52,086 nucleotides of DNA from Klebsormidium nitens (taxonomy: Eukaryota > Plantae > Klebsormidiophyceae). The stretch covers positions 1-52,086 of the forward strand of contig DF237538.1 of NCBI GenBank assembly GCA_000708835.1, in the 5' to 3' direction. Within the stretch, counting starts at the first letter, position 1. Each line of letters begins with the position of its first letter. Under the pieces are notes generated by a model, which ran no database searches, was not told the origin of the DNA, and was given only the letters and a program-made list of their open reading frames with translations. A program made the position numbers and the translations under genes. Below, piece after piece: positions 30,538 to 43,496 of the stretch.

Positions 30538-31371
30538 TGCAAATGCCAATCTCGAGGCAAGAGCACTTCCTTTTGGCAACCTAGCTGTAAGAATACAGCG
30601 TTTACAGCGCTTTCCACTGGCGGTTTATAGGGCTTTCCACTTACCACTTAGCAGTTTGCTACCATTTCTCTCGCCTGCCACCCTTCTGCTGCAGCTCCTG
30701 GGACCTGACCCCATATAAAGATTTTGGGTAAGAGTAACCTCTTTGTCGGGTAAAACGGGTTACCCTAACACAAACGGCGAAGTAATTCGATGCAGACCAT
30801 GCCGTCCCCGGTAAACCAGCGTCTGGTAAGGCCGGTGGCAACGTTAACAGCTAACCGAGCAGTAAAGGGATGGTTTTGGAGGGTTTGCTCTGCTCTTCAC
30901 TCTTCAAAAGCATGGACTTCTTGGAGAAGCTTTGAAGTTTGAAGAAGCTGGAACTTGGAAGGCAAGCGCTCTGAGTCTGAATCCCGACTCACAAGGGCGC
31001 CAGCCAACCTAGCGTCATTTTACATCTACCTAACACTCAAAAGAAGTATCAAAAGTGCTGTGACGGAAAAGGGTCCTAGCAGTGATAGAAAGGTCATTAT
31101 CACCTGGGCGCTGGCAAGAAAGCTTGGTCAAGAAAGCACAGGAATCTGCTGGCGGGCGTTTCAAATCGGCGGCACTTAGTTTCGCTTTTGGTGGTATCGC
31201 ATTGGCACTGCACGGCTTCTTCGGCTCTCGCAATCTGCCTTCAAAAAAACCCTCTGCGCAACGTGCTTTGGAGACCTTTGGTCTGAGAGACTGGAAGAGT
31301 AGCGCTTCAGGGGGAATTGAGGTTGCTTGCACTTTGGCCCCAGAGGCCGAGACTTTTCTAGGGCAGCGAAG

Positions 31372-34300
31372 ATGGTGAAGAAGCAGAAGGAGGGGAAGAT
31401 TATGAATCCTACGGACGCCCATCGCAAGATGGAGCGAAGGAAGGAGCTCCAGCGGGTGAGCGATGTTTGCATCTTGCTCTTATTCCCAAATTTCAAGAAT
31501 CCTGTCTGTCCTCCTTTCTTAATCGCTTCTGCTGTTGCCGGACAGTGGAGGTAAAGCGGAGATCTAAAGTAGTTTGCTGATGTTTTGTGCATTTGACTTT
31601 TGCTTGGGGGTATTTGGTGGTTTGGTGGCGCCCATCAATTGCCACTTCTCACTCATTGCCATGCAAAGTGCCGAGCGCTATGCACTTAGTGTTGCACTAG
31701 CATACGTAAGGTTTAGGGGTTTCTTCCATATTTAGCAGCGACATGGCATATTAGTGCATTCTGTCTCTTAGGATTCACTTTGAGGTTTTACTTGAAATAG
31801 GACATTATGTTGTCCTACTTGGAACCCATGTATCCAGAAACTCCGAGGGCTCTTTTGAATTGCAAGTTTGCACTGATGGACATTAGCGTATCCCGTGTCG
31901 CTATCAATGTCGCAGGCTGCGGTTAGGCTCGTTTGCAGCTTCTACTTCTGGTTGGTTGTATCTCAAGGCCTTGTCTTTCATGATGTCGGAAACATCTGAA
32001 TGGTGGCATTAGGCACAAACCGCTGTTGTGTAAGGAAAGTCCACACCTTCTTTAGATCATCCACCACCGGGGCCAAGAGTGCAAGCAAATGCAGATTTTG
32101 CTGGCGCTTTTCTGACAGGCTTTCTTTAAGTGTTCATTGGTCGTCGTACCACCTTCTTGACCACCTCGTCGTGACTGGAGCTGAAGTGCGCTTGCGGAGT
32201 TTTTGACATCTGGCTTTGTGGAAGCAGTCTGGACCATAGGCAGGATTGATTCTTCATGGCAATGCGGCAACGTGAAACCATGAGCCATTTCGAATGCAGA
32301 ACAAGAAGGAGCGCATGAAGGTGCGGGAGGTGGGCGTCCTAAAGAAGGACCCCAACGCGATCAAGGCGCAGATCGACAAGCTCGAGCAGATGCGTAAGTT
32401 CCACCTCCGCATTTTCAGTCATCGTTTTCATCCTGCCTGGAAGCAGAATGCGCTTAGAGTCCAGTTGTTGCGACATGGCGCCAAGGAGGACCCATGGAAG
32501 TCATAGTAGAGAAAAGCCAGCCTTTTATGTGGGTGTCGTATGGCGCTCCACTTGCCTGAAGGGGGCATCAGGTATGAAAGGGCTCAGCGACAATAGCTTC
32601 TGGGCATCGGATGGGCTATCTGCATCTTAGATATCGACAAACAAAGCAGTATCGTGTCAGGAGGCGTTCGGGGGCCCAAACACTCTCCTCATAGAGGCGT
32701 CTGGATGCACACGTCCTTTCCTGATCTCACTGGGTAGCCTGATCTCCGTGAAGCCGGTCTGAGAATCTGACAATGATGGAGTTGGGGATTGCGGGTGGTC
32801 GCCCGCTTTAAGGAGGGGATCAAAGGTGGATATAAGCAAGGCAAATTTTGGGCGCTTTGACATGGGATTCTGTGTCCGATGCAGAGGCCGACGGCGCACT
32901 GGACAAGACGCGGCGGCACAAGAAGCGACAGCTGGAGGAGAGCCTGGACAAGGTGGTCAAGAAGCAGAAGGAGTACGAGGAGAAGATGCGGGAGAAGGGA
33001 GAGGAGCCGGTTATGTTCAGGTGGGTTAAGCTTTCTGGGGGTTTGGCGTTTGTGACATGGAGGGTTTTGATCGCTTGGGGTTGAGCAGGGTATGAGGAGA
33101 TGCGGGAAAAAGGAAGGTGCCGTCATGCTCAGGTAAACTTGGCTTGTTTGGGCTTGCGGTTGTGATCATTCAGGATTCTGGATCGTTGCAGGAAGTGAGC
33201 ACAAGAAAGTAAGAAACAAAATATGCACCCAGGGGGTCCGAAGTTATCTGCTTCCCTGTTGTTTCAGGGGCTTGGGGGTTTCCGATTTTATCGGTCTGGG
33301 CATCAAGGTTGTATCTGAGGTGCTCAAGAAGCCGCTGGCGTTTTTGTTGAGAGTAGGGGGTTGAGCAAGTTGTGTTCACGCGACTTTGATTTCCGGAGCT
33401 TTGGGTTCGTCAATCTTTGAGAAACAATTAGACTAGCAGACAGTAGAGAAGAACGCGAAAGGATCCTAAAGAGTGTTGCCTGACATGAAGGGAAATGGTC
33501 CAGCGAAGCAGAAAGTTCGTGGATTCGATGGTGAAATCATCTAATATTTGTCTTGAGGAGGTGGTCAAAATGCCGGAGGAGAGTCAGAAGGGAGGAGCGA
33601 GCGTTGCGAGCGTGTCGAAACCAACGCGGTTTCTGGGCGACTTAGCAACATGCTACATTTGCCCTTCTCCTAGCCAAACGAATCTTTGTTTTCCGATGTA
33701 AAACTCTGGCCTGTGACAGTGCTATAACGATGCAATTTTCCCCTCCCAATTATCTGTGTCTTTTCTCGTGTGCAGCCACTTGGCACCGCCGAAGCCCAGC
33801 ATGGTCGTGCCCTTGAATGACGTCAAGGTCGCGGGCGACTATCCCCGTCCGGAGGTAAGGCTCCAACCTCCGCTCGTTAGAACGTTAGTCGAAGCCCAAG
33901 TCGGAATGCATTACCTCCCTCTCGTAATTCAGGGAACGAAATGCGATATTGACGGTTGAGGCAGGGGTAACAGACGTAGCTCAAGTAAATCTTGACTGAG
34001 AGGCGCAGAACCTTTGAGCACGCCAGTTTCGCTTTGCTTCACGAGTTCGGACGTCCTTTATGTACGATCTATCAGGATCTTTGAAGCGCTGCAGATCCGC
34101 AGGCCTCTTATCTCGTGCTCCACACGCTCACGAGGTTTGTTGAGCAGTTACGGCTTGTGCCCCCGCTGAAACAGCCTGTATCAGTTTCGGCAACACATAA
34201 GGAGCACATCTGAAGGGTTTTGAATCCGGGGATCATTCAGAAAGTACTGTCCCCGTCGAAAGCGATGCCGAAGTGTTTGCAGAAGCACCTGGGGTTACTG

Positions 34301-37184
34301 GAAATTCTACGGTTCCTGGCACGGACTCGTTGCCCCAATGATTGCAGGATTCCGTGTACTATCATCCGGAGCTCAACCCCCAGGGACTTCCGCCGGGGGG
34401 CAAGCCCCAGATGTACCGAGCACGCCGTAAGTATTTCAAACTCTTTGCTCGGCCTTTAAAATTGTCATCGAGCATACCCTCTCTATAGTCCCTTGAAACA
34501 GTTGTAATGTCTCTCCGATCAAACGAGTAGATCTCTCTGAACTCATATCGAGATGCCCTGCATCGGGACTGGCGATTGGCTTTGAGCCTTCGCTCTTCGA
34601 GAATCTGCCACAGTTGTTTGTTCAACTGTAGACATGACGGAATTCGGTTGTTTACTGCCTGCAAAGAGATTGTTTTGAGTGGGCCACTGCAGTCTGATAA
34701 GGCACAAGGATGAACGAGCCCGTTCGGAGCTCGTACAAGCGGACCAAAGGCAAACGTTGGTTGTGAAAGGAAGTGCAATTACGAGTGGATTCTCCTCTAA
34801 GAAGTTCATACCACCATCGCTTAACGTCTTCCATAGTGGCCGCTCTTCCAGGTTTCATTCCCTCGCTCCTTGTTTTCTTGACTGACGCAATCTTTCGGTC
34901 CTCTTTGGCAGCGGTCGAACCCATCCCCTCCCCTGCTAAGCAGACCGACGCACCCCCCCTCGCACTCCCCATCCCCCCGCCCCCCAAACCCCCTGCCCCG
35001 AAAGANNNNNNNNNNNNNNNNNNNNTAACGCCACGACCCGACCGCACCCCCCCCTCCCGCCCACCTCCCCCACTCCCCCCCGCCCCCCAAACCCCCCCTA
35101 CGCCCCCGAAACCGAAGCCCCTCGCCCAACTCCCCCTCCCCCCCCACCGCACCCCCCCCCACCCCACGCCGTCCGAAGCCCCCCCCTCCCTCCTCCCCCC
35201 ACGTCTTCGCCTCCCCTCCCCCTCCCGCTTCGATTCAGGGGAGCGCCCGCCCACTTGGCCCTGGGCTTCGTATCCCCCCCCCTCCGCCTCCAAGGGGCCC
35301 GACTGCGGAGCGCCCTCCTGTTGAGTTGGGGCCCGGCATGGTGCCACCGGGGCCTCCTCCCCGGACTGGGGGGGTGCCTCCGCCCCCCCCTCCGAGGTTG
35401 ATGCCGGATGTGGCGCCTCCAGGAACGGAACCTGGTGAGGATCTGTCGTAATCTAGCTTCCCTACAAAATGCTGCATGAAGTCAGGGTTGAAAGGATTTT
35501 TCAACCCTGACTTCACGTCTCTTCAAGTCTCTCAAAAGCTGATGTATTGGAAGCGGGCTGATAGTTTCAAGCCGACGAGTTCGCAGGGCAAAGACGCCGC
35601 TGAAGCCCCTGTTGCGAATGCTTGACGGACTACGACTTCTGAACGTACATAGGCGGACTCTCGTCCTTGTCAGACGCGCCTGGTCGGTGCTGTCGCTCTA
35701 TGAGGGTGTATGCCGCTTGCTCTTTCCCTCGTGCAATGACATATAAAACTTGAAAGTGTCTCAAAGTTCCACTTTCACCACTAATCTCATCATCTGCCGA
35801 CCCATTTTCATGCAGAAGCGGAGTTGAGCCCGCCAGGCGTCCCCCCCCCTCCTCCCCCGCGCCCTGCTCCAGCCCACCAAACAAACGACACCCCACCGGG
35901 CCCCAGTTCAGTTCCTCCCCGTGCCATCCCCCCTCCTCCGCCTCGCGTACAACAAGCCTCCGTCCCCCCACCCCCTCCCCCCCGACCAGCTAATCCACCC
36001 CCCCAAAACGAGACAGCAAGCTCCGGTCCCCCGGGCGAGGATAGAGCAGAAACCAGAGAAGCAGAGGGGGGTCCCTCCCGCACTCAGATGCGCCCCCCCC
36101 CGGGGCCGCCGCCGATGCGCGCCCCCCCGGGGGGGTTGATGCGGCCGCCCCCAGGACCCCCCCCTGCGATGAGGCCCCCGACGGGACCCCCCCCCATGAT
36201 GGCGCCGTATGGAATGAGACCGCCGATGCACTTTCCGCCCGGGATGAGACCCCCGGTCGGTGTTGCACCCGTGATGAGGCCCCCGGTTGGCCCTCCCCCG
36301 GGCGTGGCGGAGGAGAACCGGCCGTCGTTTGTGAAGGAGGCGTCGGCGGAGCTGACCGTGAAGCCCCGAGTGAAGGCGCCCAATAACCCGGAGCTGACGT
36401 CAATGGTGAGTGAAGCCGCTTACTGATAATTCTGAGTCTGCTTTTGTTTTCTTGGTCTGTCTGTGAGTCTGGTTTTCGCAAATCCGGAGCGGAGCATCTT
36501 CTTCTTAGACCTTTGTTTGAACCTCGGGGTTCACTTTCGAAGCTCATTGTACTGTTGCTCTCACGAAAGGGATTGCGAGCTGGTGCTTATCTGAATTTTC
36601 CTTCTCGTTTCCGTACCCCTTCTAAATAAAGGTTGAAGTGGCTCTGGAAAAACGGCTTGTCCTGTGGCCCGCATCAGCAGCTATCATATCCGCTTTGCGT
36701 CAAAGCAGTCGCGCTACACGAGTAATCTGATCTTTTCTGGCTGCGGTCTTCCTTTCTACTCCAGACCAGGTTTTGTGAGGGTCTTTGTCAGGGGCTGCTA
36801 GCTTTAAAAACGGCCAGAGTGCCGTTCTTCGGAAGGTGGATCCGCGTCCGAACTTGAGCGTCAATTGTTCTGCGTTTGTCGATGCTGCGCTTTGGGTGTT
36901 CTTGCCTGTTGACAGTGCATAGCAGAGTTACGATGTTGAATCTCATCAAGCAAAGCCTTACCAATTTAGATAGACTTTGATATAAAAACGGTGATCCTCC
37001 TGAGTTACAGGTACCTGCATCTCTGCGTGTGAAGCGACAAGAGGCCGTCGTGCACAAGCCCAAGCCACGCGTGCCGCTTCCGGGCGGCATTCCCGTACCA
37101 AAGCCCGCCACCAAACCCGCGAGCATGGACGACTCGTACCAGGCGTTCTTGAAGGAGATCGAAGGCTTGGGGGCCCTTGAATAG
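31372..37184 (+). CDS. WBP11: WW domain-binding protein 11 / EARLY FLOWERING 5 homologue (splicing-associated, Pro-rich)
   Basis: Exons 31372-31455, 32300-32393, 32885-33020, 33776-33854, 34348-34426, 34912-35434 (contains a 20-N gap and probable homopolymer indels), 35816-36405 and 37011-37184. The N-terminus [12 protein letters not shown]...[18 protein letters not shown]...[26 protein letters not shown] and C-terminal [10 protein letters not shown]...[18 protein letters not shown] match the ELF5/Wbp11 family. Confidence 0.92.
35006..35025. other. Assembly gap (20 N) inside the Pro-rich WBP11 exon
   Basis: Run of N. Confidence 1.
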
Positions 37185-37664
37185 TCAAACGCTGGACTTG
37201 TACACTTCCTGAAAAGGGTTCGAAACAAACGGCGTCGATCTTTTGTCACGAAACGACAGGCGTCGATTCTGGATGAAGCAGGCTCGAATGGACAGTGTTG
37301 TGGACGATCTACTTATGTTCGATGTCTGACCTCGTCCTACGCTACCCAATGCAGTGACCGTGCGACTGCCCGGCCAGGCTGCACATGCCCTGCTTGCTGG
37401 GCCCCCCGGCCACACTGACACGAGAAGCTACCATGGCAGATCAGATCGACACTTGCTGCACCACCCCATTGACAATTCGATATGCACAAACCTACATAGG
37501 CCGCGCTGCCCCGGCAAAAAACTTTCATGAGTTGCACCATAAATAACCGGGTTGTGTCAACATCATGTCATGGTCAGATGTACAGTCTGCGGCGGGCCCG
37601 GGGCGGGCTGCAGCTGCAAATTTTAGCATCTTAAATTTGTGCCCGCTGGCAGGCTTTATAAGAA

Positions 37665-37841
37665 TCTTCAATTTAGCAATAGTAAGCTTTAGCAATAGTA
37701 AGCCACCAGCCTGGGACGGGTAGGGTTAGCTTGGGGGTTAGGGTGGGTTCGGGTGCGGAGCGGGTGTTTTAAGTAGGTTAGGTTTTTAGTGTTAGTGTCG
37801 GAGCTTACTATTCCTAGGGCTTACTATTGCTAAATTGAAGA
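37665..37841 (+). mobile_element. MITE-like element, copy 6, with perfect 23-bp terminal inverted repeats
   Basis: TCTTCAATTTAGCAATAGTAAGC (37665-37687) is the exact reverse complement of 37819-37841. Core ctgggacgggtagggttagcttgggggttagggtgggttcgggtgcggagcggg. No clear target-site duplication. Confidence 0.7.
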
Positions 37842-38925
37842 GACATAGGCTTTATGGCGGCAGCGAGCTTGTATATACCTACCTCATAACACGGGCGCGC
37901 CGATCATTTAATACTATAGAGCTAGCTCTGATATATATCACATATCCGGACTGAGGATAAAACATTGACTGTGTGATCACGGTCCGCGCGGTCTGCGGTC
38001 GAGAGTCTATTCAAATGTGAATCCGCGAACTGATTTGGATATCGGACCGCCCGGCCATACACAAATGCTGACGAAGACTCCAGCATCGAAGCACCGTCCT
38101 GAGTAGCCGCTGCAGTGACAGTACTAGTTTTCATCTGATCGATAGAAACTCGAACGTTGGCCGCTTCACAGCAATTAGATAGTGAACATGCAGTCATAGT
38201 TCCTTGGCTGTTAGGTCCGTAGTAATTGTTGAGAAGAAGTCGTAAGAACATGTCCTTGCGAACAGCACTAACAATGCCCTGTACCCGCACTCCGCCCCAT
38301 GCCTTTGATTCGCACGGGCTATAAGAGAAGTATCCATGTTGGCCGCACTCCTCACGTGTATCCTAGACTCAAGGGTCACGGTCTGCTCGGGATCGGGAAG
38401 TTCATCATTGCAAGTCGATCAGGGTACATGCGGTGCCAAGGCAGATTTCATTCACTCTGCCGCAATTAACAAGTTCACACTGAAAAGCTGGTCAATGGCA
38501 GAAAGCAGGACTAATGCACAAGATAACGACCGATCATGTACTCATCAGTCGACGCCCCTAGCTAGTGCCCTACCATTTTCCTGAAGATTAGCCATGAGTC
38601 TCCGTCCGACTGCTTTACGTCGAAGCGTGCTTCTATAAAGAAGGGTCCACAATGTCCCAGCAACGCAAGTAACGCAGATGATAGTGCTACACACTAGCCC
38701 CACACTAGCATCTGCGAATGCGGACTAAAGACTGCGAATGCAACCTATAAGCTGCCAGCCGGGTACCCGCTATTCGAAGCCACAGCTAACGCCAAAATGA
38801 AGGGCTTTTGCACCTCAGTTACACACACACATTAACCCAGTGATTAGTTGTAACCTTGATTGTAGACCACATGTAAACACCACCAATCAGTTGGACGTAG
38901 AAGTTTGACAACGCGCTTGCCGAGA

Positions 38926-41332
38926 TTAACAGAGGGAGACCGAGAAGTAGACCTCGCCGTTGACGGCCACGTTTGCATAAGGGCTGGTCACGTATGTGAT
39001 CTGGCCGGTCGCGCCGGAGAAGTAGCCGCTGCCGCCCAGGATCGCATCCGGGGGCTGGGGAAGCTCGGCGAAGCCGTCGATCACTGCACGTCAGGGTTAG
39101 CGAGGGGTTTGCGATGGGTTACACATGGGCCGTTTGTGACAGATTTTCAATGAGTTTGTTTTGGTATCTTGTTGAAATTTGTCAGCGCTTCGCAACCAAA
39201 CAGCCCAGGTTTCTGATGGAGCTGGAGCGGGGCTTGTGAGCGGTTTGTTGAGCTGGATTTGGATTCACTAGAGAATGCTGCGGCTGCGAGCTGTCAAAGA
39301 GAACGCGGGGTTCGATAACGGAGAACCTTTCAACGGCTCAACTGAATGCTGCCCGCATTCGAGACACCCTCTCTCAGATTGGTTCCTCATCCAATAAGTC
39401 CCGACAAGGCCATAACCTGGCGTTAAACCTGACCCTCTCAGGCTCGGTGCGCAGTCTGGCTTACAGTTTGAGATTGACAGAATGGGAGAGACCGAGAGTC
39501 AGTGAAATGGAAGCAGCTTAACTCAAAGAAGGAACCCCGACCCAATTTCGATTTGTTCGTGACGGGAAAAGCATCGGTTCTCGACACCAGCTGGTCAAGC
39601 TCATGCAACCGGGGGTCGTCCCTCGATCTCCTCAGGCTTTCAGGAAACAGTCCGCTCACTCAGCTGGCCTTTCTCCTTCTCTCACAAGGAAGTTGACAGG
39701 TAACGGAGAAGAAATGCAAGCCTTCACACACCTCCGACTGCTTCTGATGCGGCACAAGACATCCAAAGGAAGCCGAAAGGTTGCGAGCCGAATAGAAAAA
39801 GAGACTCTGAAAAAAGCATCACTCACGCTGGAATGCGAGGGTGCTGTTGGCATACGGCCCCGCGAAGAAGACGAACGTCTCGTGGCATAACTTATGCATG
39901 CGGCCACAGGACAACCAAAGGAAGCCGAGAGTTTGCGAACCAAACGAAAAAAAGAGGGGGGGGTGGGGGCAATGCGAAACTTACGCTGGAATGCGAGGGT
40001 GCTGTTGGCATACGGCCCGGCGAAGAAGACGAACGTCTCGTGGCAGAAGAGCGTAAAATTGGTCGCGTTCGCGGGAACCGGCGCCTGGACCACGGTGCAG
40101 TGTCCAGCGCCATAAGCGACGAGCGTCCGGTTTCCGGTGGGGCCCGGGTCCGTGATGTTGGTGATATCGTATATGTCGTTGTTATACGCGATGTAGTCGC
40201 CCAGCTGGACCAGGCTGCTGCTGGTGTTGAGGTGGTTCGGGTACGACGTGTGGCGGGGGGTGTTGCTCGCGGACAGCGTCTCGATCAACCTGGGGGGCGG
40301 GGCGGAGAAAAGGTGTAAGTTTCTGCTTAAAGAAAGGGAAAAACTTGTGGGGAAGAAAGAAAACACAAAAAGTGAATTCAGATGTAACGGAGCAGCGTCT
40401 CGATAAAGCTGTGGTTGGGGGGGGGTGGTCAAGAAAAGGGAGAGAAGAAGGTGGGAGGGAATATAAGACGGTGTGTAGTCTGAGAAGGGAACAGCGTCTC
40501 ATTCACCCAGAGAGGGGGGGGAGGGAAAGAGAGAACGGCGCTCCGATCTTGGCAATTTACGGACGATTTCGTGTCTTACGAACAATGGTTTGTTGAATCC
40601 TGAGGCGGGGCCAGCGACAGGATCCTTATTGTGCACGACACATCCTAGTTTGCCTAGTCAGCAGACAGAGTCTCGATCAACCTGGGGCTCGTTATTGAAA
40701 TTATATGATTACTTGTATCTAAAGTGCAAGTCTCTGAAGTGTTGCACGGAAAGGTCTGACCTTTGAGCTTCTTTAAGCTCAGGGTGAGTTCAAAGAAGGT
40801 ACGTTTTGCTTGTCTGCGAGAAATGCGGTAGAAAAGTTCTTATCTTGGGCATTTCTCATAATTTCTAATAACAATGCTTCGTGGTTAGCTACTGCAGCCT
40901 TTCTTACAGAGTGACGGAGAGAAGCTCCGCTTCCGAGTCGTGAACTGTCCCGGTATACAGCAAACTTATGTCTCATTTGCGCGTGGCCAGGCTATACTAG
41001 GCAGCTGTGAAAAGGCACAACAGAAAAGTCTTTGGAGAGGTCAGGGGGAGCCTCCATTGCTTGTTCTTCTAAATTCTGCGGTTGTCATTTCTTCTCCATA
41101 TTTGGTTTTATACACGACATCTAAAAGAGGCAGGCCATGCCAATGACTTGGCACAATGCCGCAGCTGATGGGTTGAGCTCGCAAGGTCGCGCGCGAACTG
41201 ATCATTTCACTTTTCCCAAAGCTAGATGCATAGAATGTACATGCATGCATCACATGCTTGCGGTTTCTAATGATAAACTCGAATGCTTACCAGTTAGCTG
41301 ACGAGCCTGCGCTTGGGACTGTGACTTGGCGG
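38926..41332 (-). CDS. Dirigent / allene-oxide-cyclase barrel-like protein, probably secreted; start exon not identified
   Basis: Exons 41332-41291 and 40944-40908 (small, phase-compatible, less certain), 40289-39985 (LIETL...QLGDYIAYNNDIYD...YGAGHCTVV...FCHETFVF...STLAFQ) and 39083-38926 (LIDGFAELPQPPDAILGGSGYFSGATGQITYV...VYFSVSLC*). The AxxGGxGxFxGAxG motif is typical of the dirigent/AOC fold. Confidence 0.7.
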
Positions 41333-43496
41333 CTGCAAAAGGGAAAGAGTAGACTTCAGAAAATCTGTCACCCACATTCTCGACTTAGAATCTTTCCTTA
41401 AAGTGCAATTGTGAGGGGCAACATCACTTTCTTTGGAATCGAAGTAGACTGTGTGGTTGCAAATGATGGCAGATTGGTTCACTTTGTCACGTTGAGGAGC
41501 TAATGTACTCATCAACACCTGTCAGGATGCTGACAGTTCATTAGTGCATTGCAAACAGCGGTCCTCCTTATTTCACAGCCAGCAGACGGCAAGAAGTCCC
41601 GAAAAGAGGTCAGAAAGTCTCTGCAAATAGACAAGCAGTTGACTTCTGGCAAGCCTGAACCTAGAATCTTTGGCCGATGGAAACTTATCATCTCAGCACA
41701 CTCAAACCAGTGGAGAAGCATTAGGTAAACTGGCTGGGGCGGAGGTTGTATTGCAATGTCCAAACAAAGGTGTTTTTGCAGTCAATCCAATTTTCAAGTT
41801 TACCTGATTGCCACCTCTTCCGTTGGCGTTGGCGTCGCTTTGACCACCTCCTGACGCGCAGAAGCAGATGTGTTGTGAGTTGGTGAATGCCTTCTCTCAC
41901 AGAAAAAGCGAAGGGGACGGTTTCTGTTGCTTCTGAGCTATGGCGTAAAAACTCACAGTTGTGAAATAGTGCGCTAGCCTGTTGATCGACTTGACGCCGT
42001 TGAAGCTGAAATTCGAGCGTCAAAGCTGGAATTTGAGCGTCGAGGGGCTGCTCAGTGCTCAGTACTCATGACGAAAGCTTCCACCTGGCAATAACGACCT
42101 GTGCACTGACAGCAGGTCATACCTTATACTGTCTACCACAGTACCGTACCACTGTAAGCCTTGTAAGGTGACCAGCTAGCTGTACCTTCTGTAGCTGGTA
42201 CCTAGGTACCGTGATAGGTGACTTCTGAATCAGCATTTATTAATTGTTTTCCTCAAGTGATGCAAGTCGAGAAAGAAAATGTTCTGAGAAAGCTTGCCGA
42301 TGTGTCAGGAAATATTTTCTAGCATTTTCCGCCATTTTGTCACACAAAAACGCCTAGAGAAGGTTCAGATCTGCAAATTATCCGAAAATTTCTTGGCAGC
42401 CTGAGGCTGCTGATACGACAGATCGATTTGGAAATAATGAATCTGCATGAAAAGTGCCGATCACAATGGGAACCATAGTAGGTAATACCGTAGGCATGTT
42501 CTGGTCTTGACAAGCCTGACATGTCCCAGGCTCAGCCAATCACAGTACCTACCTACCGGCTGTTACTAGGTAGTACCGTACCTATCTACCAGTAACCGTG
42601 CCAAGAAAAGGGTACGGGTAACGGCAGATAAACATAGGTACGGTGTGCAATCTTCGGTACATCATACATGTGACCTTCTGCTCAAGCCTAAGGTCGCGAT
42701 TCGCGAACTCTTGAACGGTCGGGCCTCGAGGCAAACTGATGATTGCCGATCGGCCAAGCCTTTAATACGATTAACGGTCATTTAAACTCATTTCTAGATT
42801 CTGACAATACTATATGTACCCCATCTACCCCGTACTGTACGGTCCGACGAAGCCTCGCGACTCCGAGCGAGTCGCGCCGGCGAGTCGCGAATCTGACAGG
42901 TTGGCAGTCTCGACCGGGGAGAAGTCCCGAGGATAGCGGCGACCGAGAAAAAGCTGATGCAGAACTCGGGAATGGGGACCCGGGGGTCAGGTTCCGGCCG
43001 AAGATGGACGGTTACCGTACGCAGGTAGTTCTTGCCGGCCGGCATCTCGAATCATGACGGCCCCGCCGCATGACTTCGGCCAATCACAGTACACCGCGTG
43101 TCCTTCAAGTTAGTCCCAACTGCTGCCAAAAAACTCAGATTGTCGGCTCTGCATGAAATCACGACCGTTTTGAGTCGCCCTACAGCAGCGAGTACCGCGC
43201 CCCACGACGGTACTGTGACCTGTCCCCTGCTTTTGACGCTCCTTGATCCGCCCTACGCTAATGATACGCACGGGCTATATCTCGGAATCACGTCGCGCTT
43301 ATCCAGCTCTAAATCACCGGCACAGCTGGCCACAGAAGTACGTTGTGCCCACACGCACGCGAGATGTTCACAAATCGCAGCTCAAGCTCAGCTAAACAAA
43401 CCAGACCATCTTAACCTCCACCCCGGGTTCTTTTAACCAGCTCATCCCGTCAACTGCCCACCCGCGAAACTGAGCTCTACAGCGCGCCCGCGCACC

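Noticed and set aside
30710-30722. TATA box (catataaag) between SCPL-B and WBP11
   Set aside because: Orientation and distance fit neither gene convincingly without TSS data.
37922-38584. 122-aa and 82-aa ORFs downstream of WBP11
   Set aside because: No family resemblance or splice support.
42100-42900. GTAC/TACC-rich and TCGCGA-rich low-complexity stretch as a possible Helitron or transposon end
   Set aside because: No defined termini, hairpin-CTAG end or second copy could be established by eye.
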